DNA of 64,000 nucleotides from Candidatus Binatia bacterium (GTDB lineage Bacteria; Desulfobacterota; Binatia; UBA12015): NCBI GenBank assembly GCA_036563615.1, contig DATCMB010000004.1, positions 407,293 to 471,292 of the forward strand, read 5' to 3'. Shown piece by piece: positions 17,846 to 26,230 of this stretch (position 1 is its first letter; each line of letters starts with the position of its first letter). The notes under the pieces were generated by a model. It saw only the letters and a program-made list of their open reading frames with translations, ran no database searches and was not told where the DNA came from. The position numbers and the translations under genes were made by a program.

Positions 17846-19540
17846 ATGAGCCTTCCGCTTCTCGCCGCGCTGACGCTGATCGTCCTGGTCGTCGGCTACA
17901 CCTCGTACGGCCGCTTCATCGCCCGGCAGTACGCGCTCGACGACGCGCGCACGACGCCGGCGGTCGAGCTCGAGGACGGCGTCGACTTCGTGCCGACCCG
18001 CCGCTTCTACCTCCTCGGCCAGCACTTCAGCGCGATCGCGGCCGCGGGTCCGATCGCGGGGCCGATCCTCGCCTGCCTGCAGTTCGGCTGGCTGCCCTGC
18101 CTGCTGTGGATCGGGCTCGGCGTCGTGTTCATCGGCGCGGTGCACGACTTCTCGGCGCTGGTCGCGTCGGTTCGCCATCGCGGGCGCTCGATCGCGGAGA
18201 TCGTCAAGCTCACGCTCGGACCGCGCGCGTGGCTCGCGATCATGGCGTTCATCTGGATCGCGCTGGTCTACGTCATCGTCGCGTTCGCCGACATCACGGC
18301 GAGCAGCTTCGTGAGCGGCGGCGAGGACCTCGCGGGCACGGAGGTCACGTTCCACCCGGGCGGCGCCGTGGCGGCGGCGAGCGTCATGTACCTGCTGCTG
18401 TCGCTGGTGATGGGCGTCATCGACCGCGTGCTGCGCCCTCCCCTGTGGCTCCTCACGGTGGTGTTCGTGCCGGCGACGCTCGGCGTGGTCTGGCTCGGGA
18501 CCGAGATCTCGACGTGGGCGGTGCTGCCGTCGCAGACCTGGGCGCTGCTGATCCTCGCGTACTGCTTCGTCGCCTCGCTCGCGCCGGTGTGGTCGCTGCT
18601 GCAGCCACGCGGCTACCTCGGCGGCTTCGTGCTCTACCTCGCGCTCTTCGTCGGCACCGTCGGGATGTTCTTCGGCGGCTTCACGATCGAGCAGGAAGCG
18701 TTCAAGACGTGGCACGCGCCCGGTCCGACGGGCGCACTCTTCCCCTTCTTGTTCGTGACGATCGCGTGCGGCGCGTGTTCGGGCTTCCACGGGCTCGTCT
18801 GCTCCGGGACGACCTCGAAGCAGATCGCCAAGGAGTCCGACTGCAAGCCGATCGGCTACGGCGCGATGCTGCTCGAGGCGTTCGTCGCGCTGATCGCGCT
18901 CGCGACCGTGATGATCGTCGCCACACCCGATACCGCCGGCAAGGCGCCGGGCACGATCTACGGCGCCGGGCTCGGACGCTTCCTCGCCGGGATGATCGGC
19001 GAGGAGCACCTGCTGTTCGCGACGACGTTCGGCGCGATGGCGTTCTCGACGTTCGTCTTCGACACGCTCGACGTCAGCACGCGGCTCGGCCGCTACGTCC
19101 TGCAAGAGCTCTTCGGCTGGACGGGACGCGTCGGCGCGATCGCCGCGACCGCGCTGACGGTGCTCGTGCCCGCGGTCTTCGTCCTCGCCGCGGGTGAAGG
19201 CTCCTACCGCGTCTTCTGGACGCTCTTCGGCACGAGCAACCAGCTCCTCGCCGCGCTGACGCTGCTCGGCGTCAGCGTGTGGCTGCGCAAGAGCGGACGC
19301 CGCGCGTGGTACACGCTGGTGCCGATGGTGTTCGTGATGGCGATCACCGTCTGGTCGCTGGTGATCCAGGCGCGTCAAGCATTTACCGCGCTCGCGAACG
19401 GCGCTGCGGGCTTCGACACGACGACGATCAACGGCGTCGTCGCGGTGCTGCTGATTGCGCTCGCGGGGATGCTGACCGTCGAAGCGGCGCGCGAGCTGCG
19501 CGCGCCGCTTCCCGAGACGGCGGGACGCGCCGACGCGTGA
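17846..19540 (+). CDS. cstA: Carbon starvation protein A (CstA family peptide/pyruvate transporter)
   Basis: Polytopic membrane protein with CstA conserved blocks (FVPTRRFYLLGQHFSAIAAAGPIAGPILA, FPFLFVTIACGACSGFHGLVCSGTTSKQ). Confidence 0.85.
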   Translation: MSLPLLAALTLIVLVVGYTSYGRFIARQYALDDARTTPAVELEDGVDFVPTRRFYLLGQHFSAIAAAGPIAGPILACLQFGWLPCLLWIGLGVVFIGAVHDFSALVASVRHRGRSIAEIVKLTLGPRAWLAIMAFIWIALVYVIVAFADITASSFVSGGEDLAGTEVTFHPGGAVAAASVMYLLLSLVMGVIDRVLRPPLWLLTVVFVPATLGVVWLGTEISTWAVLPSQTWALLILAYCFVASLAPVWSLLQPRGYLGGFVLYLALFVGTVGMFFGGFTIEQEAFKTWHAPGPTGALFPFLFVTIACGACSGFHGLVCSGTTSKQIAKESDCKPIGYGAMLLEAFVALIALATVMIVATPDTAGKAPGTIYGAGLGRFLAGMIGEEHLLFATTFGAMAFSTFVFDTLDVSTRLGRYVLQELFGWTGRVGAIAATALTVLVPAVFVLAAGEGSYRVFWTLFGTSNQLLAALTLLGVSVWLRKSGRRAWYTLVPMVFVMAITVWSLVIQARQAFTALANGAAGFDTTTINGVVAVLLIALAGMLTVEAARELRAPLPETAGRADA

Positions 19541-19591
19541 CGCTCACGTCGCGCGTACGCGTGACGTGTCACGCCGCGCGCCGGCGCTGCG

Positions 19592-20614
19592 TCACGCGGT
19601 AAACGGCACGCCCTTCGGCCAGAGGCCGAACGCCTTCCAGAGCTTGACGGTGCGCGGCGTGATGAGATCGAGCTCCTGGCAGAGCGCGCGGACCTTGGCG
19701 ACCGCGTCGGCGGTGCGCTGCCGGTGCTCGGGATTCTCGTAGTACGCCTCGCGCAGCACCGACTTCGGGATGTTGTAGGTCGCGACGATCTGCGGCGACG
19801 GCTGCATCATCATCTGCGACATCTGGCCGAGGATGAGCGGCGTGCGCACCTGCAGCATGCGCTTCTTGAACCGTCCGAGCTTCGGCACGTTGCGCCGCAG
19901 GTAGAGCCGCGCGAACGACAGGTGGCGCGCCTCCTCGGTGATGTGGATCTGGCAGATGCGGCGCAGCAGCGGGTGGACGTTCGCGCGGTTGCGCAGCATC
20001 TGACGCTGCACGTGGTCGATCGGATCCTCGCCGCCGAGCACGAACATGAAGAACAGTTCGGGGAACGTGCGCCCCAGACGCACCACCCAGCGGCTCGCGA
20101 CCTTCTGCCAGCCGGCGAGCCCGGGGATGTCGAAGCCCGAGCGGTTCACGAACTCCTGGAACATCAAGGAGTGCTGCGACTCCTCGATGATCTCGTGGTA
20201 GACGTAGCGGAACTCCGGCGCGCCGTTCGGCAGCTTGAAGGCGTACTCGAGCAGCCCGCGCTTGAGCACCGACTCGAACTGCAACCCGATCTTCATGAAG
20301 GTCGCGAACAGGTGCAGGCCGATGCGCGCGCGGATCGCCTGCGGCTGCGAGCGGTACCAGGACGTCGCGCCGAGCGAGACCTCGTTGTCGAGCTCCCAGC
20401 GCGGATCCTCGGGATCGATGCGCATCTCGGGCGCGTCCCAGTCGATGTCGGCGTAGGCATCGAAGTGCTTGACGACGGACTGGTGCGAGAGCCGCTTCAG
20501 CAGCTTGAGGTAGGCCTCGTCCTGCGCGGCTTCGCGCGCGGAGACCGAGAGCTCGTCGTCGAGCACGATCCCCGTGCCCGTCTGCGTCACCGTTTGACCG
20601 ACCGTCGTGCTCAT
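19592..20614 (-). CDS. Diiron oxygenase, AurF/CmlI-like (p-aminobenzoate N-oxygenase family)
   Basis: Two ExxH motifs in helical context (YHEIIEESQHSLMF and IHITEEARHLSFAR) plus additional conserved Glu/His spaced as in ferritin-like diiron carboxylate enzymes. It is ~340 aa, typical for AurF-family proteins, and its start overlaps the tetR stop (ATGA). Confidence 0.55.
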   Translation of the reverse strand: MSTTVGQTVTQTGTGIVLDDELSVSAREAAQDEAYLKLLKRLSHQSVVKHFDAYADIDWDAPEMRIDPEDPRWELDNEVSLGATSWYRSQPQAIRARIGLHLFATFMKIGLQFESVLKRGLLEYAFKLPNGAPEFRYVYHEIIEESQHSLMFQEFVNRSGFDIPGLAGWQKVASRWVVRLGRTFPELFFMFVLGGEDPIDHVQRQMLRNRANVHPLLRRICQIHITEEARHLSFARLYLRRNVPKLGRFKKRMLQVRTPLILGQMSQMMMQPSPQIVATYNIPKSVLREAYYENPEHRQRTADAVAKVRALCQELDLITPRTVKLWKAFGLWPKGVPFTA

Positions 20615-21330
20615 CCTTCTTGCTCTCCATCGGCGGGCGCGGTGTGACCCACGGGGGTGTCGCCCGCGCCGACCCTCTGCGCCTCGTCGAAGAGGCGGCT
20701 CACGAGATAGACGACCATCCGCTCGAGCTCGCCGAACAGCCGGTCGAGCTCGTCGCGATCCTTGCGCAGCTGGTGCTGCAGGAAGATGCCGTCGAGCGCC
20801 GCGAGCGCGAGCGCTGCGGTGGTCTCGAGGCCCGGTGGCCGGATGCCGATCACCTCGGCGATGCCGTCCACCAAGGCGGCGCGCGCACGGTCGAAGACGC
20901 GGATCAGGACCTCGCGCGTCTCGTCGCTGTCGGCCGTGCGCTCGAGCAGCATCGAGTGCAGCAGGCGGAGCAGCGCCGGCCGCGTCTCGACCAGCTCGCG
21001 CATGCCGCCGACCGCCCGCGACAGGCGCTCGCGCGGGTCGCCCGTCTGGTGGACGCTCGCGACGATGCCTTCGATCCAGGCGGTTGCCGTTTCTTCGAGC
21101 ACCGCGGCGAGCAGCCCTTCCTTGCTCGCGAAGTGCCAGTAGACCGCGCTCTTCACGACGCCCGCCTCGCGGCAGACGTCGTCGATGCTGGTCGCCGAGA
21201 AGCCGCGCTCGGCGAAATGCCGCGCCGCGGCGCGCAGCAGGTTGTCGCGGCTGCGGAGCCCTTGAGCGACCCGTTTGCTGATCCGCCTGGTCCCGCTCGC
21301 GGCGGCGTTCCTGCTGGGATTTCGCGTCAT
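20611..21330 (-). CDS. TetR/AcrR-family transcriptional regulator
   Basis: N-terminal TetR HTH (RSRDNLLRAAARHFAERGFSATSIDDVCREAGVVKSAVYWHFASKEGLL) plus a C-terminal ligand-binding helical domain. Confidence 0.8.
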   Translation of the reverse strand: MTRNPSRNAAASGTRRISKRVAQGLRSRDNLLRAAARHFAERGFSATSIDDVCREAGVVKSAVYWHFASKEGLLAAVLEETATAWIEGIVASVHQTGDPRERLSRAVGGMRELVETRPALLRLLHSMLLERTADSDETREVLIRVFDRARAALVDGIAEVIGIRPPGLETTAALALAALDGIFLQHQLRKDRDELDRLFGELERMVVYLVSRLFDEAQRVGAGDTPVGHTAPADGEQEG

Positions 21331-21335
21331 TACGA

Positions 21336-21359
21336 TCTGTCCAGAACGTTCGGTACAGA
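21336..21359. promoter_or_regulatory. Imperfect 24-bp palindrome, putative TetR operator
   Basis: TCTGTCCAGAAC|GTTCGGTACAGA: 10 of 12 positions are symmetric about a central AACGTT. It lies 6-29 nt upstream of the tetR start codon. Confidence 0.4.
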
Positions 21360-21848
21360 ACTATCCCGAGGCGCTCCGGGAGTCAACGGGGGCTCGTCGC
21401 TTTTCTGCTCCGGCGCTCGCCGTCGCCGCTCGCGCGTGCCGGTCGCGGGCGCCCGGCGCGGCTCGCGTGACCGTCGCAGCGAAGGCGGACCGAGACCGCA
21501 TGACTCGTCGCGCGCACCGCGGATTCACGGCTGCGGCTCGGTGCGGCGCGCGGTGAACGCGTCAGCGCGCAGCGTGCCTCCGAATCACGCGCGCACCGCA
21601 CGGCGCACGATCTCGCACGCACGCATCACACACATCACGCGCGCAAGCGCGTCGCCCTACGCAATTGCCGCGCGCGCGAGCGCTGTGTTAGCCCTCGCAC
21701 CTTCGCGGAGCGTGCCGTGCGACGCGCCACCGCTCCTCGCCCGCTCGCGTGGAGCCAGCGGGAGCGACGGCACGCCGATTGGAGTCCCTCCCCGCCTGCG
21801 CCCGCGCATGCGCGGCGCGAGGCTGCCGATAGGTGTACAGAGGTACCG

Positions 21849-24020
21849 ATGTTCGATCAGAAGCTGCACGACTCCCTTCCCGAAACGCTGCGTCCGCTCG
21901 TGCGCATGGCGGGCAACCTGTGGTGGACCTGGAACGACTACGGGATCACCCTGTTCCGCGACATCGATCCGCAGCGCTGGGACGAATGCGGCCACAGCCC
22001 GCTGCAGCTCCTGCGCACCGCACGACCGGAGCGCCTGTCTCAGGTCGCGACCGATCCCGACTACATCGCGCGCATCGAGAAGACCGTCGCCAAGTTCGAC
22101 GAGTACATGCGCGCCAAGCCGGGCTCGCCGCGCGGCGAGTGGGCGACGACCTGGGCGCGCCAGAACATCGCGCAGGCGTCCGCGGACCGTCCGATCGCCT
22201 ACTTCTGCGCCGAGTACGGGATCCACGAGTCGCTGCACCTCTACGCGGGCGGTCTCGGCATCCTCGCCGGCGACCACCTGAAGTCGGCGTCCGACCTCGG
22301 GCTGCCGCTGGTCGGGATCGGGCTGCTCTACCGCCAGGGCTACTTCCGGCAGCGGATCAACGTCGACGGCTGGCAGGAGGAGTTCTACAGCGACGAGGAC
22401 TTCCGCGAGCTGCCGCTGACGCTGATCCGTGACGAAGCCAACCAGCCGCTCACCGTCGAGGTGCCGATCCGCGGCCGCAAGGTGACGATCCAGATCTGGC
22501 GCGCCGACATCGGCCGCGTGCCGCTCTACCTCCTCGACACCGACTGCGACCAGAACGAGGACATCGACCGCTGGATCACCGCGCACCTCTACGGCGGCGA
22601 CGAGAACACGCGCATCGTGCAGGAGGTCGTGCTCGGGATCGGCGGCGTGCGCGCGCTGCGCGCGCTCGGCATCACGCCGCACGCCTACCACCTGAACGAG
22701 GGGCACTCGGCGTTTCTCACGCTCGAGCTGGTGCGCGAGCGGGTCGCCGAGGGCGCGACGTTCGAGGACGCCTGCGCCGCCGTCAAGCAACAGTGCATCT
22801 TCACGACGCACACGCCCGTCCCGGCCGGCAACGACACCTTCGATCCGTCGCTCATGCAGGCCGTGCTCGGCGACTTCCTGCAGGAGCTCGGCACCGACAT
22901 CGAGACCGTGCTCGGCATCGGACGCCGCCACCCGTCGGACAGCATGGAGCCGTTCGGCATGACGCCGCTCGCGATCCGGCTGTCGCGCTCGACGAACGGC
23001 GTGAGCAAGCGCCACGGCGAGGTGTGCGCGCGCATGTGGCAGTCGCTGTGGCCCGACGTGCCGGTCGAGCAGTCGCCGATCGGCGCGGTGACGAACGGCG
23101 TGCACCACGCGACCTGGGTCGCGCCGCTGATGCGCCGCCTGTTCGATCAGTACCTCGGTCCGGACTGGACGCAGCACGCCGACGATCCGGAGCTGTGGAA
23201 GAAGATCGACCTCATCCCGGACGCGGAGCTGTGGCGGGCGCACTGCCTGCTGCGCGCGCGCCTGGTCGCGGCGGCGCGCCATCGCGCGGAGGCGCAGTGG
23301 CGTGCGGCCGGCGAGTCGGACCAGCTCGTGCGCAGCGCGAAGCGCCTGCTCCACCCCGACGTGCTGACCTTCGGCTTCGCGCGCCGGGTCGCCGCCTACA
23401 AGCGCTGGAACCTCCTGCTCAGCGACATGGAGCGTGCGATCGCGCTGCTCGACCATCCGACGCAGCCGGTGCAGTTCGTCCTCGCCGGCAAGGCGCACCC
23501 GCGCGACAACGAGGCGAAGCGCATCCTGCAGCAGCTCATGCAGTGGAAGGATCGCCGCGAGCTCCGCGGGCGCGTCGTCTTCCTGCAGGACTACGACCAG
23601 TACGTCGCGCGCAAGCTCGTGCACGGCGTCGACGTGTGGCTCAACCTGCCGCTGCCGCCGCTCGAGGCGAGCGGCACGAGCGGCATGAAGGTCGTCGTCA
23701 ACGGCGGCCTCAACTGCAGCGTGCTCGACGGCTGGTGGATCGAGGGCTCGAACGGCGAGAACGGCTGGGACGTCGGCCCGCCCTACGATCTGCCGGCGAA
23801 GGGCCGCATGGTCGCCTCCGAGGAGCGCAACGCGGTCGACGCGCAGTCGCTGATGGACCTGATCGAGAACCACATCCGCCCGCTGTTCTACGAGCGCAAC
23901 CGCGACGGCGTGCCGCGCGGCTGGATGGCGCGCGTGCGCGCGTCGATGAAGTCGCTCGCGCCGATGTTCAGCGCGACGCGGATGGTCAAGGACTACGCGA
24001 GGATCTACTACCCCGAGTGA
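21849..24020 (+). CDS. glgP: Alpha-glucan (glycogen/maltodextrin) phosphorylase, GlgP/DUF3417-containing family
   Basis: N-terminal DUF3417-like region (LVRMAGNLWWTWN) followed by a GT35 phosphorylase core (EPGLGNGGLGRLA-like GGLGILAGDHLKSASDLGLP, EASGTSGMKVVVNGGLN). The ATG at 21849 is verified. Confidence 0.85.
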   Translation: MFDQKLHDSLPETLRPLVRMAGNLWWTWNDYGITLFRDIDPQRWDECGHSPLQLLRTARPERLSQVATDPDYIARIEKTVAKFDEYMRAKPGSPRGEWATTWARQNIAQASADRPIAYFCAEYGIHESLHLYAGGLGILAGDHLKSASDLGLPLVGIGLLYRQGYFRQRINVDGWQEEFYSDEDFRELPLTLIRDEANQPLTVEVPIRGRKVTIQIWRADIGRVPLYLLDTDCDQNEDIDRWITAHLYGGDENTRIVQEVVLGIGGVRALRALGITPHAYHLNEGHSAFLTLELVRERVAEGATFEDACAAVKQQCIFTTHTPVPAGNDTFDPSLMQAVLGDFLQELGTDIETVLGIGRRHPSDSMEPFGMTPLAIRLSRSTNGVSKRHGEVCARMWQSLWPDVPVEQSPIGAVTNGVHHATWVAPLMRRLFDQYLGPDWTQHADDPELWKKIDLIPDAELWRAHCLLRARLVAAARHRAEAQWRAAGESDQLVRSAKRLLHPDVLTFGFARRVAAYKRWNLLLSDMERAIALLDHPTQPVQFVLAGKAHPRDNEAKRILQQLMQWKDRRELRGRVVFLQDYDQYVARKLVHGVDVWLNLPLPPLEASGTSGMKVVVNGGLNCSVLDGWWIEGSNGENGWDVGPPYDLPAKGRMVASEERNAVDAQSLMDLIENHIRPLFYERNRDGVPRGWMARVRASMKSLAPMFSATRMVKDYARIYYPE

Positions 24021-24119
24021 CGCGCGGAGCTCGGCGGGCGCGCAAGCCGCGCTCGCCGAGCTTCACCGATCACCCGCTCGCAGGCGCTGGTCGCGCGGCT
24101 CGGCTGCCCGCGCCGCGCG

Positions 24120-24145
24120 CGGCGTCCGCGCCGATCCGGACGCCG
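24120..24145 (-). terminator. Hairpin immediately downstream of the SGNH hydrolase gene (possible bidirectional terminator with glgP)
   Basis: GGCGTCCG-cgccgat-CGGACGCC, an 8-bp stem in the convergent intergenic region 24021-24146. Confidence 0.3.
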
Positions 24146-24146
24146 C

Positions 24147-25706
24147 TCAGAACAGCGTGTAGATGAACGGCGCGAGCCACGGCGACGAGGCCGCGACCAC
24201 GAGCAAGCCGCCCAGCGACAGCAGCCCGACCAGCACCGGCAGCATGTACCACTGCCCGCGCCGGACGAAGGTCGCGAACAGCTCGCCCATCACCGGCAGC
24301 CGATCGCGCAGGTACCAGATCGCCGCCGCGATGATCGCGAGCACGACGATCGTCGACACCCAGCGGCCGATCCACACCGGCAGCAGCCAGGCGAGCCAGC
24401 TCACACCGTAGATCAGCAGGACGACCGCGCCGACCAGCCCCGCGACCGAGGCGTAGCTCTTCACCGCGCCCTCGCTCGGGAAGCGGCGCCAGTACAACGT
24501 GCCCAGCAGCAGCCAGACGGCGATCGCGATCAGCGCGTTGCGGCCGAGGTGGCTCGCCTCCTCGGCGGACGGCTCCGGCAGCGTGAGACGCGCGATCTCG
24601 CGCGGCGGCGGTCCGAGGAACGCGGGGCTCGCGAGCGCGGTGTCGAGCTCCTGCACCAGCACGCGGTTGCCGAGCCCGTTCGTGTGCCAGTCGCGCGCGA
24701 AGTAGAGCTGCTGCGCGCCGCCCTGCGACGCCGCGACCATCGCCGGCAGCGTGTCGACCACCGGCAGCCCCGCCGCCTCGGCGGCGGCGACCATGCCGCG
24801 GTACGGGCGGTCCGGGTCGTACGCCGGATCGCCGATCACCTCGGCGATCGCCTGCCGCGCGTTCGGGTCGACCTGCGCCTTGTCCGGGATCACCATCACG
24901 AGCGGCTTGGCGCCGATCTCGTCGGCGACCGCGCGAAACGCGCGCAGCGCGAGCTCGGTCTCGGGCCAGCCGTCGGCGTCGGACTTGCGGATGCGCGGCC
25001 CCCACTCCGCCGGCAGCGGACGCGGGCCCTCGAGCATCGGGATCTCGGGCCCCTTGCCGAGGTTGCCGAGCAGGTTGCCGAGCGCGGTCTTGCGCTCGAG
25101 CCACGGCTCCTGACCCGGATCCTCGAGCGGCGCGAGCGAGCGCAGCGCCTCCTCGGGCGGCAGATCGGTGCGCAGCTTGGGCTTCGGGTAGCGCAGGTAG
25201 CGGTCCTGGCCGTTCCAGAAGATGTCGTTCTCGTACATCTGCAGGACGACGACGTCCGGCTTGTACTTGACGCCCTCGCGCGCGAGCCAGAGGACCTCCT
25301 GGTCGGTCGAGTAGCCCTCGGTGCCGCCGTTGATCACCTGGACGTTGCGACCCTCGGCGCGCATGCGCGCTTCGAGCAGCTCGGAGAGCGTGTCGGAGCG
25401 CTCGACGGTGTAGCCGAGCGTGAACGAGTCGCCGATCAGCAGGACGCGCTGCACGCCCTCGGGCTTCTCGTAGCCGACGGACTCGTCCTCGCGCAGACCG
25501 CGCGAGTTCGTCCGCAGCGTGACGTCGAACTCGCTCGTGTGGCGCCGCAGCGACGTCGAGGGCGTCTTCGTCCAGCCGAGCGCCGAGTCGAACTGGTTCA
25601 TCGTCCGGCGCGGCGTGAAGCCGAACAGGCGCAGCCCGCCCTCGAGCACGAGGAAGACGAACAGCAGCGACACGAGCAAAGCGAGGGCTTGGTTGATGCG
25701 ATTCAC
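24147..25706 (-). CDS. Membrane-anchored SGNH/GDSL hydrolase (acyl-esterase/O-acyltransferase-like) fused to a C-terminal DUF5989 (SxtK-like) membrane segment
   Basis: N-terminal TM helix, SGNH block I (LLIGDSFTLGY), a GG..D block (VINGGTEGYSTDQ) and a D-x-H block (ARDWHTNG). The C-terminal ~50 aa (WYMLPVLVGLLSLGGLLVVAASSPWLAPFIYTLF) matches the DUF5989 signature ending APFIYTLF. Confidence 0.65.
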   Translation of the reverse strand: MNRINQALALLVSLLFVFLVLEGGLRLFGFTPRRTMNQFDSALGWTKTPSTSLRRHTSEFDVTLRTNSRGLREDESVGYEKPEGVQRVLLIGDSFTLGYTVERSDTLSELLEARMRAEGRNVQVINGGTEGYSTDQEVLWLAREGVKYKPDVVVLQMYENDIFWNGQDRYLRYPKPKLRTDLPPEEALRSLAPLEDPGQEPWLERKTALGNLLGNLGKGPEIPMLEGPRPLPAEWGPRIRKSDADGWPETELALRAFRAVADEIGAKPLVMVIPDKAQVDPNARQAIAEVIGDPAYDPDRPYRGMVAAAEAAGLPVVDTLPAMVAASQGGAQQLYFARDWHTNGLGNRVLVQELDTALASPAFLGPPPREIARLTLPEPSAEEASHLGRNALIAIAVWLLLGTLYWRRFPSEGAVKSYASVAGLVGAVVLLIYGVSWLAWLLPVWIGRWVSTIVVLAIIAAAIWYLRDRLPVMGELFATFVRRGQWYMLPVLVGLLSLGGLLVVAASSPWLAPFIYTLF

Positions 25707-25794
25707 GGGATCCCCCGAGAGCGGCGGGTGCGGCGGCGGGACGAGATCATCTGCCCGCGCGCCGTGGTGCGAGGTCGGTATGGAGCGATGCGGG

Positions 25795-26028
25795 TCAACC
25801 TTGACGGTGAGCCGCGGCGAGCGTCTCGTTGTCCTTCTGCCAGGGGACGAAGGCGGTGTCGCCCGGCCGGCGGCGTCGCAGCGGATCGGTCGCGAGCCGC
25901 ACGACGAGCGCGACCGGACCGAGCAGGACGAAGTACAGGAAGCCGAGGACGATGCCGCCCATCACCTCGCCGAAGCGGTGGAAGAAGGCGAGCAGCGCGG
26001 CGAGCTTGGGAGAAGAGGAACCTTCCAT
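25795..26028 (-). CDS. SxtJ-like small membrane protein
   Basis: 77 aa with two TM segments (KLAALLAFFHRFGEVMGGIVLGFLYFVLLGPVALVVRLATDPLRRRRP), resembling the C-terminal half of SxtJ-family proteins. It is directly upstream of and co-oriented with the DUF5989-containing gene. The ATG at 26028 is verified. Confidence 0.45.
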   Translation of the reverse strand: MEGSSSPKLAALLAFFHRFGEVMGGIVLGFLYFVLLGPVALVVRLATDPLRRRRPGDTAFVPWQKDNETLAAAHRQG

Positions 26029-26230
26029 GTCGGCCGGGGATGATACCCGTCGTCCCGGTGGAAGGGTACCCACGATTTTCATCGTCCGGCGCGCCGGCCG
26101 GACCTCGGGTTCGACACGTCGAAGCCTATGCGGGTCGGCCCGGTCGACCCATGCCGCCGGGCGGCCTCGGACAGCGGCTGGCCGGCCGGACCGGCGCGCG
26201 CGTCGGCAGGATCAGCGCCCGGCCGCCGGG

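Noticed and set aside
21833..21848. TetR half-site GTACAGA immediately upstream of the glgP start as evidence that the TetR regulates glgP.
   Set aside because: It is a single 7-mer half-site without the partner arm and could easily occur by chance. It is mentioned only as a low-weight observation.
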